Assembly: GCA_964057225.1 (NCBI GenBank)
Contig: OZ059895.1
Span: 10,044,001-10,108,000, forward strand
Source: Auanema rhodensis
Lineage: Eukaryota; Animalia; Nematoda
DNA: 64,000 bases
Direction of reading: 5' to 3'
Under the pieces are notes generated by a model that was given only the letters and a program-made list of their open reading frames with translations, had not been told where the DNA came from and ran no database searches. Shown one piece after another: positions 29,260-43,727 of this stretch. Position 1 is the first letter of the stretch; every line of letters starts with the position of its first letter. A program made the translations under genes and the position numbers.

Positions 29260-29378
29260 GCTTACGACCATACCACGTTGAAAGTACGCCATCCCGTCCG
29301 ATCTGGCAAGTCAAGCAACGTTGGGCCCGGTTAGTACTTGGATCGGAGACGGCTTGGGAATCCCGGGTGCCGTAAGCT
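29260..29378 (+). rRNA. 5S: 5S rRNA gene (consensus)
   Basis: Full-length 5S plus terminator. Confidence 0.95.
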
Positions 29379-31783
29379 TTTCAAATTTTTTTAACGATCA
29401 TAACACGTTGAAAGTACGCCATACAGCTGATTTTCAATTTTATCTCTTCTGTAACAAATTTTTTCAACTTTTAAGCAGTTTTACTTGGATAGCTCAACCG
29501 AAGCAGAGCAAAATATCTACAATCTAATTTCTATATTACAGTTATAAACCAGCAGTTATTGAACCTTCTTCTTAACTTTATTGTTTCTATCTATTTCCTA
29601 TCGAAACAAACATTGTTTAAACACTATGCAACTGTGAAACCTCTTCAATTTATTGCATTTGGAGCTCATAAGATTTGATATCATCGAGGGATCCTGATGG
29701 AACGTGGAAAATTACATAACTAACATGAAATTGGAAAAAAAACTAAAACGAGGATAAGTATGTTAACCATTGAATATCAGATATTTTCGCTTACGACCAT
29801 ACTACGTTAAACGTACGCCATACAGCTGATTTTTAATTTTATCTCTTCCGTAACAAATGTTTTCAATTTTCAAGCATTTTTACTTAGATAGCTCAACCAA
29901 AGGAGAGCAAATTATCTTCATTCTTATTTCTATATTACAGTTATAAACCAGTAGTTATTGAACCTTCATCTTAACTTTACTGTTTCTATCTATTTCCTAT
30001 CGAAACAAACATTGTTTAAACACTATGCAACTTTGAAACCCTTTTTAATTTATTGTTTTTGGAGCTCATAAGATTTGATATCATCGAGGGATCCTGATGG
30101 AACGTGGAAAATTACATAACTAACATCAAATTGGAAAAAAAACTGAAACGAGGATAAGTATGTTAACCATTGAATATCAGATATTTTCGCTTACGACCAT
30201 ACCACGTTAAAAGTACGCCATACAGCTGATTTTTAATTTTATCTCTTCCGTAACAAATGTTTTCAATTTTCAAGCATTTTAACTTAGATAGCTCAACCAA
30301 ACGAGAGCAAATTATCTTCAATCTTATTTCTATATTGCAGTTATGAACCAGTAGGTAATGAACCTTCGTCTTGACTTCACTGTTTTTATCTTTTTCCTAT
30401 CGAAACTAACATTGTTTAAACACTATGCAACTGTGAAACCTTTTTTAATTTATTGTATTTGGAGCTCATAAGATTTGATATCATCGAGGGATCCTGATGG
30501 AACGTGGAAAATTACATAACTAACATGAGATTGCAAAAAAACTAAAACGAGGATAAGTATGTTAACTATTGAATGTCAGATAATTTCGCTTACGACCATA
30601 CCACGTTAAAAGTACGCCACACAGCTGATTTTTAATTTTATCTCCGTAACAAATGTTTTCAATTTTCAAGCATTTTAACTTAGATAGCTCAACCAAAGGA
30701 AAGCAAATTATCTTCAATCTTATTTCTATATTACAGTTATAAACCAGTAGTTATTGAACCTTCGTCTAGACTTTACTGTTTTTATCTATTTCCTATCAAA
30801 ACAAACATTGTTTAAACACTATGCAACTATGAAACCTTTTTTAATTTATTGTATTTGGAGCTCATAAGAATTGATATCATTGAGGGATCCAGATGAAACG
30901 TGGAAAATTACATAACTAACATGAAATTGGAAAAAAAACTAAAACGAGGATAAGTATGTTAACCATTGAATATCAGATATTTTCGCTTACGACCATACCA
31001 CGTTGAAAGTACGCCATACAGCTGATTTTTAATTTTATCTCTTCCGTAACAAATGTTTTCAATTTTCAAGCATTTTTACTTAGATAGCTCAACCAAAGGA
31101 GAGCAAATTATCTTCATTCTTATTTCTATATTACAGTTATAAACCAGTAGTTATTGAACCTTCATCTTAACTTTACTGTTTCTATCTATTTCCTATCAAA
31201 ACAAACATTGTTTAAACACTATGCAACTCTGAAACCCTTTTTAATTTATTGTTTTTGGAGCTCATAAGATTTGATATCATCGAGGGATCCTAATGGAACG
31301 TGGAAAATTACATAACTAACATTAAATTGGAAAAAAACTAAAACGAGGATAAGTATGTTAACCATTGAATATCAGATATTTTCGCTTACGACCATACCAC
31401 GTTAAAAGTACGCAATACAGCTGATTTTTAATTTTATCTCTTCCGTAACAAATGTTTTCAATTTTCAAGCATTTTAACTTAGATAGCTCAACCAAACGAG
31501 AGCAAATTATCTTCAATCTTATTTCTATATTGCAGTTATAAACCAGTAGTAAATGAACCTTCGTCTTGACTTCACTGTTTTTATCTTTTTCCTATCGAAA
31601 CAAACATTGTTTAAACACTATGCAACTGTGAAACCTTTTTTAATTTATTGTATTTGGAGCTCATAAGATTTGATATCATCGAGGGATCCTGAAGGAACGT
31701 GGAAAATTACATAACTAACATAAAATTTGAAAAAAAACTATAACGAGGATAAGTAGGTAAACCATTGAATATCAGATATTTTC

Positions 31784-31902
31784 GCTTACGACCATACCAC
31801 GTTGAAAGTACGCCATCCCGTCCGATCTGGCAAGTCAAGCAACGTTGGGCCCGGTTAGTACTTGGATCGGAGACGGCTTGGGAATCCCGGGAGCCGTAAG
31901 CT
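31784..31902 (+). rRNA. 5S: 5S rRNA gene (T109A)
   Basis: Full-length, CCCGGGAGCC variant. Confidence 0.92.
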
Positions 31903-33909
31903 TTTCAAATTTTTTTAACGATCATAACACGTTGAAAGTACGCCATACAGCTGATTTTCAATTTTATCTCTTCTGTAACAAATTTTTTCAATTTTTAAGC
32001 AGTCTTACTTAGATAGCTCAACCAAACGAGAGCAAATTATCTTCAATCTTATTTCTATATTGCAGTTATGAACCAGTAGGTAATGAACCTTCGTCTTGAC
32101 TTCACTGTTTTTATCTTTTTCCTATCGAAACTAACATTGTTTAAACACTATGCAACTGTGAAACCTTTTTTAATTTATTGTATTTGGAGCTCATAAGATT
32201 TGATATCATCGAGGGATCCTGATGGAACGTGGAAAATTACATAACTAACATGAGATTGCAAAAAATCTAAAACGAGGATAAGTATGTTAACTATTGAATG
32301 TCAGATAATTTCGCTTACGACCATACCACGTTAAAAGTACGCCACACAGCTGATTTTTAATTTTATCTCCGTAACAAATGTTTTCAATTTTCAAGCATTT
32401 TAACTTAGATAGCTCAACCAAAGGAAAGCAAATTATCTTCAATCTTATTTCTATATTACAGTTATAAACCAGTAGTTATTGAACCTTCTTCTAGACTTTA
32501 GTGTTTTTATCTATTTCCTATCAAAACAAACATTGTTTAAACACTATACAACTATGAAAACTTTTTTAATTTATTGTATTTGGAGCTCATAAGATTTGAT
32601 ATCATCGAGGGATCCTGATGGAACGTGGAAAATTACATAACTAACATAAAATTTGAAAAAAAACTAAAACGAGGATAAGTAGGTAAACCATTGAATATCA
32701 GATATTTTCGCTTACGACCATACCACGTTGAAAGTACGCCATACAGCTGATTTTTAATTTTATCTCTTCCGTAACAAATGTTTTCAATTTTCAAGCATTT
32801 TTACTTAGATAGCTTAACCAAAGGAGAGCAAATTATCTTCAATCTTATTTCTATATTACAGTTATAAACCAGTAGTTATTAAACCTTCATCTTAACTTTA
32901 CTGTTTCTATCTATTTCCTATCGAAACAAACATTGTTCAAACACTATGCAACTTTGAAACCCTTTTTAATTTATTGTTTTTGGAGCTCATAAGATTTGAT
33001 ATCATCGAGGGATCCTGTCGGAACGTGGAAAATTACATAACTAACATTAAATTGGAAAAAAAACTAAAACGAGGATAAGTATGTTAACCATTGACAATCA
33101 GATATTTTCGCTTACGACCATACCACGTCAAAAGTACGCCATACAGCTGATTTTTAATTTTATCTCTTCCGTAACAAATGTTTTCAATTTTCAAGTATTT
33201 TAACTTAGATAGCTCAACCAAACGAGAGCAAATTATCTTCAATCTTATTTCTATATTGCAGTTATAAACCAGTAGGTAATGAACCTTCGTCTTGACTTCA
33301 CTGTTTTTATCTTTTTCCTATCGAAACAAACATTGTTTAAACACTATGCAACTGTGAAACCTTTTTTAATTTATTGTATTTGGAGCTCATAAGATTTGAT
33401 ATTATCGAGGGATCCTGAAGGAACGTGGAAAATTACATAACTAACATAAAATTTGAAAAAAAACTATAACGAGGATAAGTATGTTAACCATTGACAATCA
33501 GATATTTTCGCTTACGACCATACTACGTTAAAAGTACGCCATACAGCTGATTTTTAATTTTATCTCTTCCGTAACAAATGTTTTCAATTTTCAAGTATTT
33601 TAACTTAGATAGCTCAACCAAACGAGAGCAAATTATCTTCAATCTTATTTCTATATTGCAGTTATAAATCAGTAGGTAATGAACCTTCGTCTTGACTTCA
33701 CTGTTTTTATCTTTTTCCTATCGAAACAAACATTGTTTAAACACTATGCAACTGTGAAACCTTTTTTGATTTATTGTATTTCGAGCTCATAAGATTTGAT
33801 ATTATCGAGGGATCCTGAAGGAACGTGGAAAATTACATAACTAACATAAAATTTGAAAAAAAACTATAACGAGGATAAGTAGGTAAACCATTGAATATCA
33901 GATATTTTC

Positions 33910-34028
33910 GTTTACGACCATACCACGTTGAAAGTACGCCATCCCGTCCGATCTGGCAAGTCAAGCAACGTTGGGCCCGGTTAGTACTTGGATCGGAGAC
34001 GGCTTGGGAATCCCGGGTGCCGTAAGCT
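33910..34028 (+). rRNA. 5S: 5S rRNA gene (C2T)
   Basis: Full-length 5S plus terminator. Confidence 0.93.
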
Positions 34029-34838
34029 TTTCAAATTTTTTTAACGATCATAACACGTTGAAAGTACGCCATACAGCTGAATTTCAATTTTATCTCTTCT
34101 GTAACAAATTTTTTCAATTTTTAAGCAGTTTTACTTGGATAGCTCAACCGAAGCAGAGCAAAATATCTACAATCTTATTTCTATATTACAGTTATAAACC
34201 AGTAGTTATTGAACCTTCATCTTAACTTTACTGTTTCTATCTATTTCCTATCAAAACAAACATTGTTTAAACACTATGCAACTTTGAAACCCTTTTTAAT
34301 TTATTGTTTTTGGAGCTCATAAGATTTGATATCATCGAGGGATCCTAATGGAACGTGGAAAATTACATAACTAACATTAAATTGGAAAAAAACTAAAACG
34401 AGGATAAGTATGTTAACCATTGAATATCAGATATTTTCGCTTACGACCATACCACGTTAAAAGTACGCAATACAGCTGATTTTTAATTTTATCTCTTCCG
34501 TAACAAATGTTTTCAATTTTCAAGCATTTTAACTTAGATAGCTCAACCAAACGAGAGCAAATTATCTTCAATCTTATTTCTATATTGCAGTTATAAACCA
34601 GTAGTAAATGAACCTTCGTCTTGACTTCACTGTTTTTATCTTTTTCCTATCGAAACAAACATTGTTTAAACACTATGCAACTGTGAAACCTTTTTTAATT
34701 TATTGTATTTGGAGCTCATAAGATTTGATATCATCGAGGGATCCTGAAGGAACGTGGAAAATTACATAACTAACATAAAATTTGAAAAAAAACTATAACG
34801 AGGATAAGTAGGTAAACCATTGAATATCAGATATTTTC

Positions 34839-34957
34839 GCTTACGACCATACCACGTTGAAAGTACGCCATCCCGTCCGATCTGGCAAGTCAAGCAACGT
34901 TGGGCCCGGTTAGTACTTGGATCGGAGACGGCTTGGGAATCCCGGGAGCCGTAAGCT
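34839..34957 (+). rRNA. 5S: 5S rRNA gene (T109A)
   Basis: Full-length 5S plus terminator. Confidence 0.92.
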
Positions 34958-36168
34958 TTTCAAATTTTTTTAACGATCATAACACGTTGAAAGTACGCCA
35001 TACAGCTGATTTTCAATTTTATCTCTTCTGTAACAAATTTTTTCAATTTTTAAGCAGTCTTACTTAGATAGCTCAACCAAACGAGAGCAAATTATCTTCA
35101 ATCTTATTTCTATATTGCAGTTATGAACCAGTAGGTAATGAACCTTCGTCTAGACTTTACTGTTTTTATCTTTTTCCTATCGAAACTAACATTGTTTAAA
35201 CACTATGCAACTGTGAAACCTTTTTTAATTTATTGTATTTGGAGCTCATAAGATTTGATATCATCGAGGGATCCTGATGGAACGTGGAAAATTACATAAC
35301 TAACATGAAATTGGAAAAAAAACTAAAACGAGGATAAGTATGTTAACCATTGAATATCAGATATTTTCGCTTACGACCATACCACGTTGAAAGTACGCCA
35401 TACAGCTGATTTTTAATTTTATCTCTTCCGTAACAAATGTTTTCAATTTTCAAGCATTTTTACTTAGATAGCTCAACCAAAGGAGAGCAAATTATCTTCA
35501 TTCTTATTTCTATATTACAGTTATAAACCAGTAGTTATTGAACCTTCATCTTAACTTTACTGTTTCTATCTATTTCCTATCAAAACAAACATTGTTTAAA
35601 CACTATGCAACTTTGAAACCCTTTTTAATTTATTGTTTTTGGAGCTCATAAGATTTGATATCATCGAGGGATCCTAATGGAACGTGGAAAATTACATAAC
35701 TAACATAAAATTTGAAAAAAAACTAAAACGAGGATAAGTAGGTAAACCATTGAATATCAGATACTTTCGCTTACGACCATACCACGTTGAAAGTACGCAA
35801 TACAGCTGATTTTTAATTTTATCTCTTCCGTAACAAATGTTTTCAATTTTCAAGCATTTTAACTTAGATAGCTCAACCAAACGAGAGCAAATTATCTTCA
35901 ATCTTATTTCTATATTGCAGTTATAAACCAGTAGTAAATGAACCTTCGTCTTGACTTCACTGTTTTTATCTTTTTCCTATCGAAACAAACATTGTTTAAA
36001 CACTATGCAACTGTGAAACCTTTTTTAATTTATTGTATTTGGAGCTCATAAGATTTGATATCATCGAGGGATCCTGAAGGAACGTGGAAAATTACATAAC
36101 TAACATAAAATTTGAAAAAAAACTATAACGAGGATAAGTAGGTAAACCATTGAATATCAGATATTTTC

Positions 36169-36287
36169 GCTTACGACCATACCACGTTGAAAGTACGCCA
36201 TCCCGTCCGATCTGGCAAGTCAAGCAACGTTGGGCCCGGTTAGTACTTGGATCGGAGACGGCTTGGGAATCCCGGGAGCCGTAAGCT
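36169..36287 (+). rRNA. 5S: 5S rRNA gene (T109A)
   Basis: Full-length 5S plus terminator. Confidence 0.92.
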
Positions 36288-38294
36288 TTTCAAATTTTTT
36301 TAACGATCATAACACGTTGAAAGTACGCCATACAGCTGATTTTCAATTTTATCTCTTCTGTAACAAATTTTTTCAATTTTTAAGCAGTCTTACTTAGATA
36401 GCTCAACCAAACGAGAGCAAATTATCTTCAATCTTATTTCTATATTGCAGTTATGAACCAGTAGGTAATGAACCTTCGTCTTGACTTCACTGTTTTTATC
36501 TTTTTCCTATCGAAACTAACATTGTTTAAACACTATGCAACTGTGAAACCTTTTTTAATTTATTGTATTTGGAGCTCATAAGATTTGATATCATCGAGGG
36601 ATCCTGATGGAACGTGGAAAATTACATAACTAACATGAGATTGCAAAAAATCTAAAACGAGGATAAGTATGTTAACTATTCAATGTCAGATAATTTCGCT
36701 TACGACCATACCACGTTAAAAGTACGCCACACAGCTGATTTTTAATTTTATCTCCGTAACAAATGTTTTCAATTTTCAAGCATTTTAACTTAGATAGCTC
36801 AACCAAAGGAAAGCAAATTATCTTCAATCTTATTTCTATATTACAGTTATAAACCAGTAGTTATTGAACCTTCGTCTAGACTTTAGTGTTTTTATCTATT
36901 TCCTATCAAAACAAACATTGTTTAAACACTATACAACTATGAAAACTTTTTTAATTTATTGTATTTGGAGCTCATAAGATTTGATATCATCGAGGGATCC
37001 TGATGGAACGTGGAAAATTACATAACTAACATAAAATTTGAAAAAAAACTAAAACGAGGATAAGTAGGTAAACCATTGAATATCAGATATTTTCGCTTAC
37101 GACCATACCACGTTGAAAGTACGCCATACAGCTGATTTTTAATTTTATCTCTTCCGTAACAAATGTTTTCAATTTTCAAGCATTTTTACTTAGATAGCTC
37201 AACCAAAGGAGAGCAAATTATCTTCAATCTTATTTCTATATTACAGTTATAAACCAGTAGTTATTAAACCTTCATCTTAACTTTACTGTTTCTATCTATT
37301 TCCTATCGAAACAAACATTGTTCAAACACTATGCAACTTTGAAACCCTTTTTAATTTATTGTTTTTGGAGCTCATAAGATTTGATATCATCGAGGGATCC
37401 TGTCGGAACGTGGAAAATTACATAACTAACATTAAATTGGAAAAAAAACTAAAACGAGGATAAGTATGTTAACCATTGACAATCAGATATTTTCGCTTAC
37501 GACCATACCACGTCAAAAGTACGCCATACAGCTGATTTTTAATTTTATCTCTTCCGTAACAAATGTTTTCAATTTTCAAGTATTTTAACTTAGATAGCTC
37601 AACCAAACGAGAGCAAATTATCTTCAATCTTATTTCTATATTGCAGTTATAAACCAGTAGGTAATGAACCTTCGTCTTGACTTCACTGTTTTTATCTTTT
37701 TCCTATCGAAACAAACATTGTTTAAACACTATGCAACTGTGAAACCTTTTTTAATTTATTGTATTTGGAGCTCATAAGATTTGATATTATCGAGGGATCC
37801 TGAAGGAACGTGGAAAATTACATAACTAACATAAAATTTGAAAAAAAACTATAACGAGGATAAGTATGTTAACCATTGACAATCAGATATTTTCGCTTAC
37901 GACCATACTACGTTAAAAGTACGCCATACAGCTGATTTTTAATTTTATCTCTTCCGTAACAAATGTTTTCAATTTTCAAGTATTTTAACTTAGATAGCTC
38001 AACCAAACGAGAGCAAATTATCTTCAATCTTATTTCTATATTGCAGTTATAAATCAGTAGGTAATGAACCTTCGTCTTGACTTCACTGTTTTTATCTTTT
38101 TCCTATCGAAACAAACATTGTTTAAACACTATGCAACTGTGAAACCTTTTTTGATTTATTGTATTTCGAGCTCATAAGATTTGATATTATCGAGGGATCC
38201 TGAAGGAACGTGGAAAATTACATAACTAACATAAAATTTGAAAAAAAACTATAACGAGGATAAGTAGGTAAACCATTGAATATCAGATATTTTC

Positions 38295-38413
38295 GTTTAC
38301 GACCATACCACGTTGAAAGTACGCCATCCCGTCCGATCTGGCAAGTCAAGCAACGTTGGGCCCGGTTAGTACTTGGATCGGAGACGGCTTGGGAATCCCG
38401 GGTGCCGTAAGCT
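38295..38413 (+). rRNA. 5S: 5S rRNA gene (C2T)
   Basis: Full-length 5S plus terminator. Confidence 0.93.
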
Positions 38414-39223
38414 TTTCAAATTTTTTTAACGATCATAACACGTTGAAAGTACGCCATACAGCTGAATTTCAATTTTATCTCTTCTGTAACAAATTTTTTC
38501 AATTTTTAAGCAGTTTTACTTGGATAGCTCAACCGAAGCAGAGCAAAATATCTACAATCTTATTTCTATATTACAGTTATAAACCAGTAGTTATTGAACC
38601 TTCATCTTAACTTTACTGTTTCTATCTATTTCCTATCAAAACAAACATTGTTTAAACACTATGCAACTTTGAAACCCTTTTTAATTTATTGTTTTTGGAG
38701 CTCATAAGATTTGATATCATCGAGGGATCCTAATGGAACGTGGAAAATTACATAACTAACATTAAATTGGAAAAAAACTAAAACGAGGATAAGTATGTTA
38801 ACCATTGAATATCAGATATTTTCGCTTACGACCATACCACGTTAAAAGTACGCAATACAGCTGATTTTTAATTTTATCTCTTCCGTAACAAATGTTTTCA
38901 ATTTTCAAGCATTTTAACTTAGATAGCTCAACCAAACGAGAGCAAATTATCTTCAATCTTATTTCTATATTGCAGTTATAAACCAGTAGTAAATGAACCT
39001 TCGTCTTGACTTCACTGTTTTTATCTTTTTCCTATCGAAACAAACATTGTTTAAACACTATGCAACTGTGAAACCTTTTTTAATTTATTGTATTTGGAGC
39101 TCATAAGATTTGATATCATCGAGGGATCCTGAAGGAACGTGGAAAATTACATAACTAACATAAAATTTGAAAAAAAACTATAACGAGGATAAGTAGGTAA
39201 ACCATTGAATATCAGATATTTTC

Positions 39224-39342
39224 GCTTACGACCATACCACGTTGAAAGTACGCCATCCCGTCCGATCTGGCAAGTCAAGCAACGTTGGGCCCGGTTAGTA
39301 CTTGGATCGGAGACGGCTTGGGAATCCCGGGAGCCGTAAGCT
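39224..39342 (+). rRNA. 5S: 5S rRNA gene (T109A)
   Basis: Full-length 5S plus terminator. Confidence 0.92.
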
Positions 39343-40553
39343 TTTCAAATTTTTTTAACGATCATAACACGTTGAAAGTACGCCATACAGCTGATTTTCA
39401 ATTTTATCTCTTCTGTAACAAATTTTTTCAATTTTTAAGCAGTCTTACTTAGATAGCTCAACCAAACGAGAGCAAATTATCTTCAATCTTATTTCTATAT
39501 TGCAGTTATGAACCAGTAGGTAATGAACCTTCGTCTAGACTTTACTGTTTTTATCTTTTTTCTATCGAAACTAACATTGTTTAAACACTATGCAACTGTG
39601 AAACCTTTTTTAATTTATTGTATTTGGAGCTCATAAGATTTGATATCATCGAGGGATCCTGATGGAACGTGGAAAATTACATAACTAACATGAAATTGGA
39701 AAAAAAACTAAAACGAGGATAAGTATGTTAACCATTGAATATCAGATATTTTCGCTTACGACCATACCACGTTGAAAGTACGCCATACAGCTGATTTTTA
39801 ATTTTATCTCTTCCGTAACAAATGTTTTCAATTTTCAAGCATTTTTACTTAGATAGCTCAACCAAAGGAGAGCAAATTATCTTCATTCTTATTTCTATAT
39901 TACAGTTATAAACCAGTAGTTATTGAACCTTCATCTTAACTTTACTGTTTCTATCTATTTCCTATCAAAACAAACATTGTTTAAACACTATGCAACTTTG
40001 AAACCCTTTTTAATTTATTGTTTTTGGAGCTCATAAGATTTGATATCATCGAGGGATCCTAATGGAACGTGGAAAATTACATAACTAACATAAAATTTGA
40101 AAAAAAACTAAAACGAGGATAAGTAGGTAAACCATTGAATATCAGATACTTTCGCTTACGACCATACCACGTTGAAAGTACGCAATACAGCTGATTTTTA
40201 ATTTTATCTCTTCCGTAACAAATGTTTTCAATTTTCAAGCATTTTAACTTAGATAGCTCAACCAAACGAGAGCAAATTATCTTCAATCTTATTTCTATAT
40301 TGCAGTTATAAACCAGTAGTAAATGAACCTTCGTCTTGACTTCACTGTTTTTATCTTTTTCCTATCGAAACAAACATTGTTTAAACACTATGCAACTGTG
40401 AAACCTTTTTTAATTTATTGTATTTGGAGCTCATAAGATTTGATATCATCGAGGGATCCTGAAGGAACGTGGAAAATTACATAACTAACATAAAATTTGA
40501 AAAAAAACTATAACGAGGATAAGTAGGTAAACCATTGAATATCAGATATTTTC

Positions 40554-40672
40554 GCTTACGACCATACCACGTTGAAAGTACGCCATCCCGTCCGATCTGG
40601 CAAGTCAAGCAACGTTGGGCCCGGTTAGTACTTGGATCGGAGACGGCTTGGGAATCCCGGGAGCCGTAAGCT
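40554..40672 (+). rRNA. 5S: 5S rRNA gene (T109A)
   Basis: Full-length 5S plus terminator. Confidence 0.92.
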
Positions 40673-42679
40673 TTTCAAATTTTTTTAACGATCATAACAC
40701 GTTGAAAGTACGCCATACAGCTGATTTTCAATTTTATCTCTTCTGTAACAAATTTTTTCAATTTTTAAGCAGTCTTACTTAGATAGCTCAACCAAACGAG
40801 AGCAAATTATCTTCAATCTTATTTCTATATTGCAGTTATGAACCAGTAGGTAATGAACCTTCGTCTTGACTTCACTGTTTTTATCTTTTTCCTATCGAAA
40901 CTAACATTGTTTAAACACTATGCAACTGTGAAACCTTTTTTAATTTATTGTATTTGGAGCTCATAAGATTTGATATCATCGAGGGATCCTGATGGAACGT
41001 GGAAAATTACATAACTAACATGAGATTGCAAAAAATCTAAAACGAGGATAAGTATGTTAACTATTCAATGTCAGATAATTTCGCTTACGACCATACCACG
41101 TTAAAAGTACGCCACACAGCTGATTTTTAATTTTATCTCCGTAACAAATGTTTTCAATTTTCAAGCATTTTAACTTAGATAGCTCAACCAAAGGAAAGCA
41201 AATTATCTTCAATCTTATTTCTATATTACAGTTATAAACCAGTAGTTATTGAACCTTCGTCTAGACTTTAGTGTTTTTATCTATTTCCTATCAAAACAAA
41301 CATTGTTTAAACACTATACAACTATGAAAACTTTTTTAATTTATTGTATTTGGAGCTCATAAGATTTGATATCATCGAGGGATCCTGATGGAACGTGGAA
41401 AATTACATAACTAACATAAAATTTGAAAAAAAACTAAAACGAGGATAAGTAGGTAAACCATTGAATATCAGATATTTTCGCTTACGACCATACCACGTTG
41501 AAAGTACGCCATACAGCTGATTTTTAATTTTATCTCTTCCGTAACAAATGTTTTCAATTTTCAAGCATTTTTACTTAGATAGCTCAACCAAAGGAGAGCA
41601 AATTATCTTCAATCTTATTTCTATATTACAGTTATAAACCAGTAGTTATTAAACCTTCATCTTAACTTTACTGTTTCTATCTATTTCCTATCGAAACAAA
41701 CATTGTTCAAACACTATGCAACTTTGAAACCCTTTTTAATTTATTGTTTTTGGAGCTCATAAGATTTGATATCATCGAGGGATCCTGTCGGAACGTGGAA
41801 AATTACATAACTAACATTAAATTGGAAAAAAAACTAAAACGAGGATAAGTATGTTAACCATTGACAATCAGATATTTTCGCTTACGACCATACCACGTCA
41901 AAAGTACGCCATACAGCTGATTTTTAATTTTATCTCTTCCGTAACAAATGTTTTCAATTTTCAAGTATTTTAACTTAGATAGCTCAACCAAACGAGAGCA
42001 AATTATCTTCAATCTTATTTCTATATTGCAGTTATAAACCAGTAGGTAATGAACCTTCGTCTTGACTTCACTGTTTTTATCTTTTTCCTATCGAAACAAA
42101 CATTGTTTAAACACTATGCAACTGTGAAACCTTTTTTAATTTATTGTATTTGGAGCTCATAAGATTTGATATTATCGAGGGATCCTGAAGGAACGTGGAA
42201 AATTACATAACTAACATAAAATTTGAAAAAAAACTATAACGAGGATAAGTATGTTAACCATTGACAATCAGATATTTTCGCTTACGACCATACTACGTTA
42301 AAAGTACGCCATACAGCTGATTTTTAATTTTATCTCTTCCGTAACAAATGTTTTCAATTTTCAAGTATTTTAACTTAGATAGCTCAACCAAACGAGAGCA
42401 AATTATCTTCAATCTTATTTCTATATTGCAGTTATAAATCAGTAGGTAATGAACCTTCGTCTTGACTTCACTGTTTTTATCTTTTTCCTATCGAAACAAA
42501 CATTGTTTAAACACTATGCAACTGTGAAACCTTTTTTGATTTATTGTATTTCGAGCTCATAAGATTTGATATTATCGAGGGATCCTGAAGGAACGTGGAA
42601 AATTACATAACTAACATAAAATTTGAAAAAAAACTATAACGAGGATAAGTAGGTAAACCATTGAATATCAGATATTTTC

Positions 42680-42798
42680 GTTTACGACCATACCACGTTG
42701 AAAGTACGCCATCCCGTCCGATCTGGCAAGTCAAGCAACGTTGGGCCCGGTTAGTACTTGGATCGGAGACGGCTTGGGAATCCCGGGTGCCGTAAGCT
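42680..42798 (+). rRNA. 5S: 5S rRNA gene (C2T)
   Basis: Full-length 5S plus terminator. Confidence 0.93.
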
Positions 42799-43608
42799 TT
42801 TCAAATTTTTTTAACGATCATAACACGTTGAAAGTACGCCATACAGCTGAATTTCAATTTTATCTCTTCTGTAACAAATTTTTTCAATTTTTAAGCAGTT
42901 TTACTTGGATAGCTCAACCGAAGCAGAGCAAAATATCTACAATCTTATTTCTATATTACAGTTATAAACCAGTAGTTATTGAACCTTCATCTTAACTTTA
43001 CTGTTTCTATCTATTTCCTATCAAAACAAACATTGTTTAAACACTATGCAACTTTGAAACCCTTTTTAATTTATTGTTTTTGGAGCTCATAAGATTTGAT
43101 ATCATCGAGGGATCCTAATGGAACGTGGAAAATTACATAACTAACATTAAATTGGAAAAAAACTAAAACGAGGATAAGTATGTTAACCATTGAATATCAG
43201 ATATTTTCGCTTACGACCATACCACGTTAAAAGTACGCAATACAGCTGATTTTTAATTTTATCTCTTCCGTAACAAATGTTTTCAATTTTCAAGCATTTT
43301 AACTTAGATAGCTCAACCAAACGAGAGCAAATTATCTTCAATCTTATTTCTATATTGCAGTTATAAACCAGTAGTAAATGAACCTTCGTCTTGACTTCAC
43401 TGTTTTTATCTTTTTCCTATCGAAACAAACATTGTTTAAACACTATGCAACTGTGAAACCTTTTTTAATTTATTGTATTTGGAGCTCATAAGATTTGATA
43501 TCATCGAGGGATCCTGAAGGAACGTGGAAAATTACATAACTAACATAAAATTTGAAAAAAAACTATAACGAGGATAAGTAGGTAAACCATTGAATATCAG
43601 ATATTTTC

Positions 43609-43727
43609 GCTTACGACCATACCACGTTGAAAGTACGCCATCCCGTCCGATCTGGCAAGTCAAGCAACGTTGGGCCCGGTTAGTACTTGGATCGGAGACG
43701 GCTTGGGAATCCCGGGTGCCGTAAGCT
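43609..43727 (+). rRNA. 5S: 5S rRNA gene (consensus)
   Basis: Full-length 5S plus terminator. Confidence 0.95.

Larger units (their letters stand above)
33910..42680 (+). repeat. 4385-bp higher-order repeat, two copies (10 units, 3 genes each)
   Basis: Genes at 33910/34839/36169 and 38295/39224/40554, next at 42680, with matching variants. Confidence 0.9.
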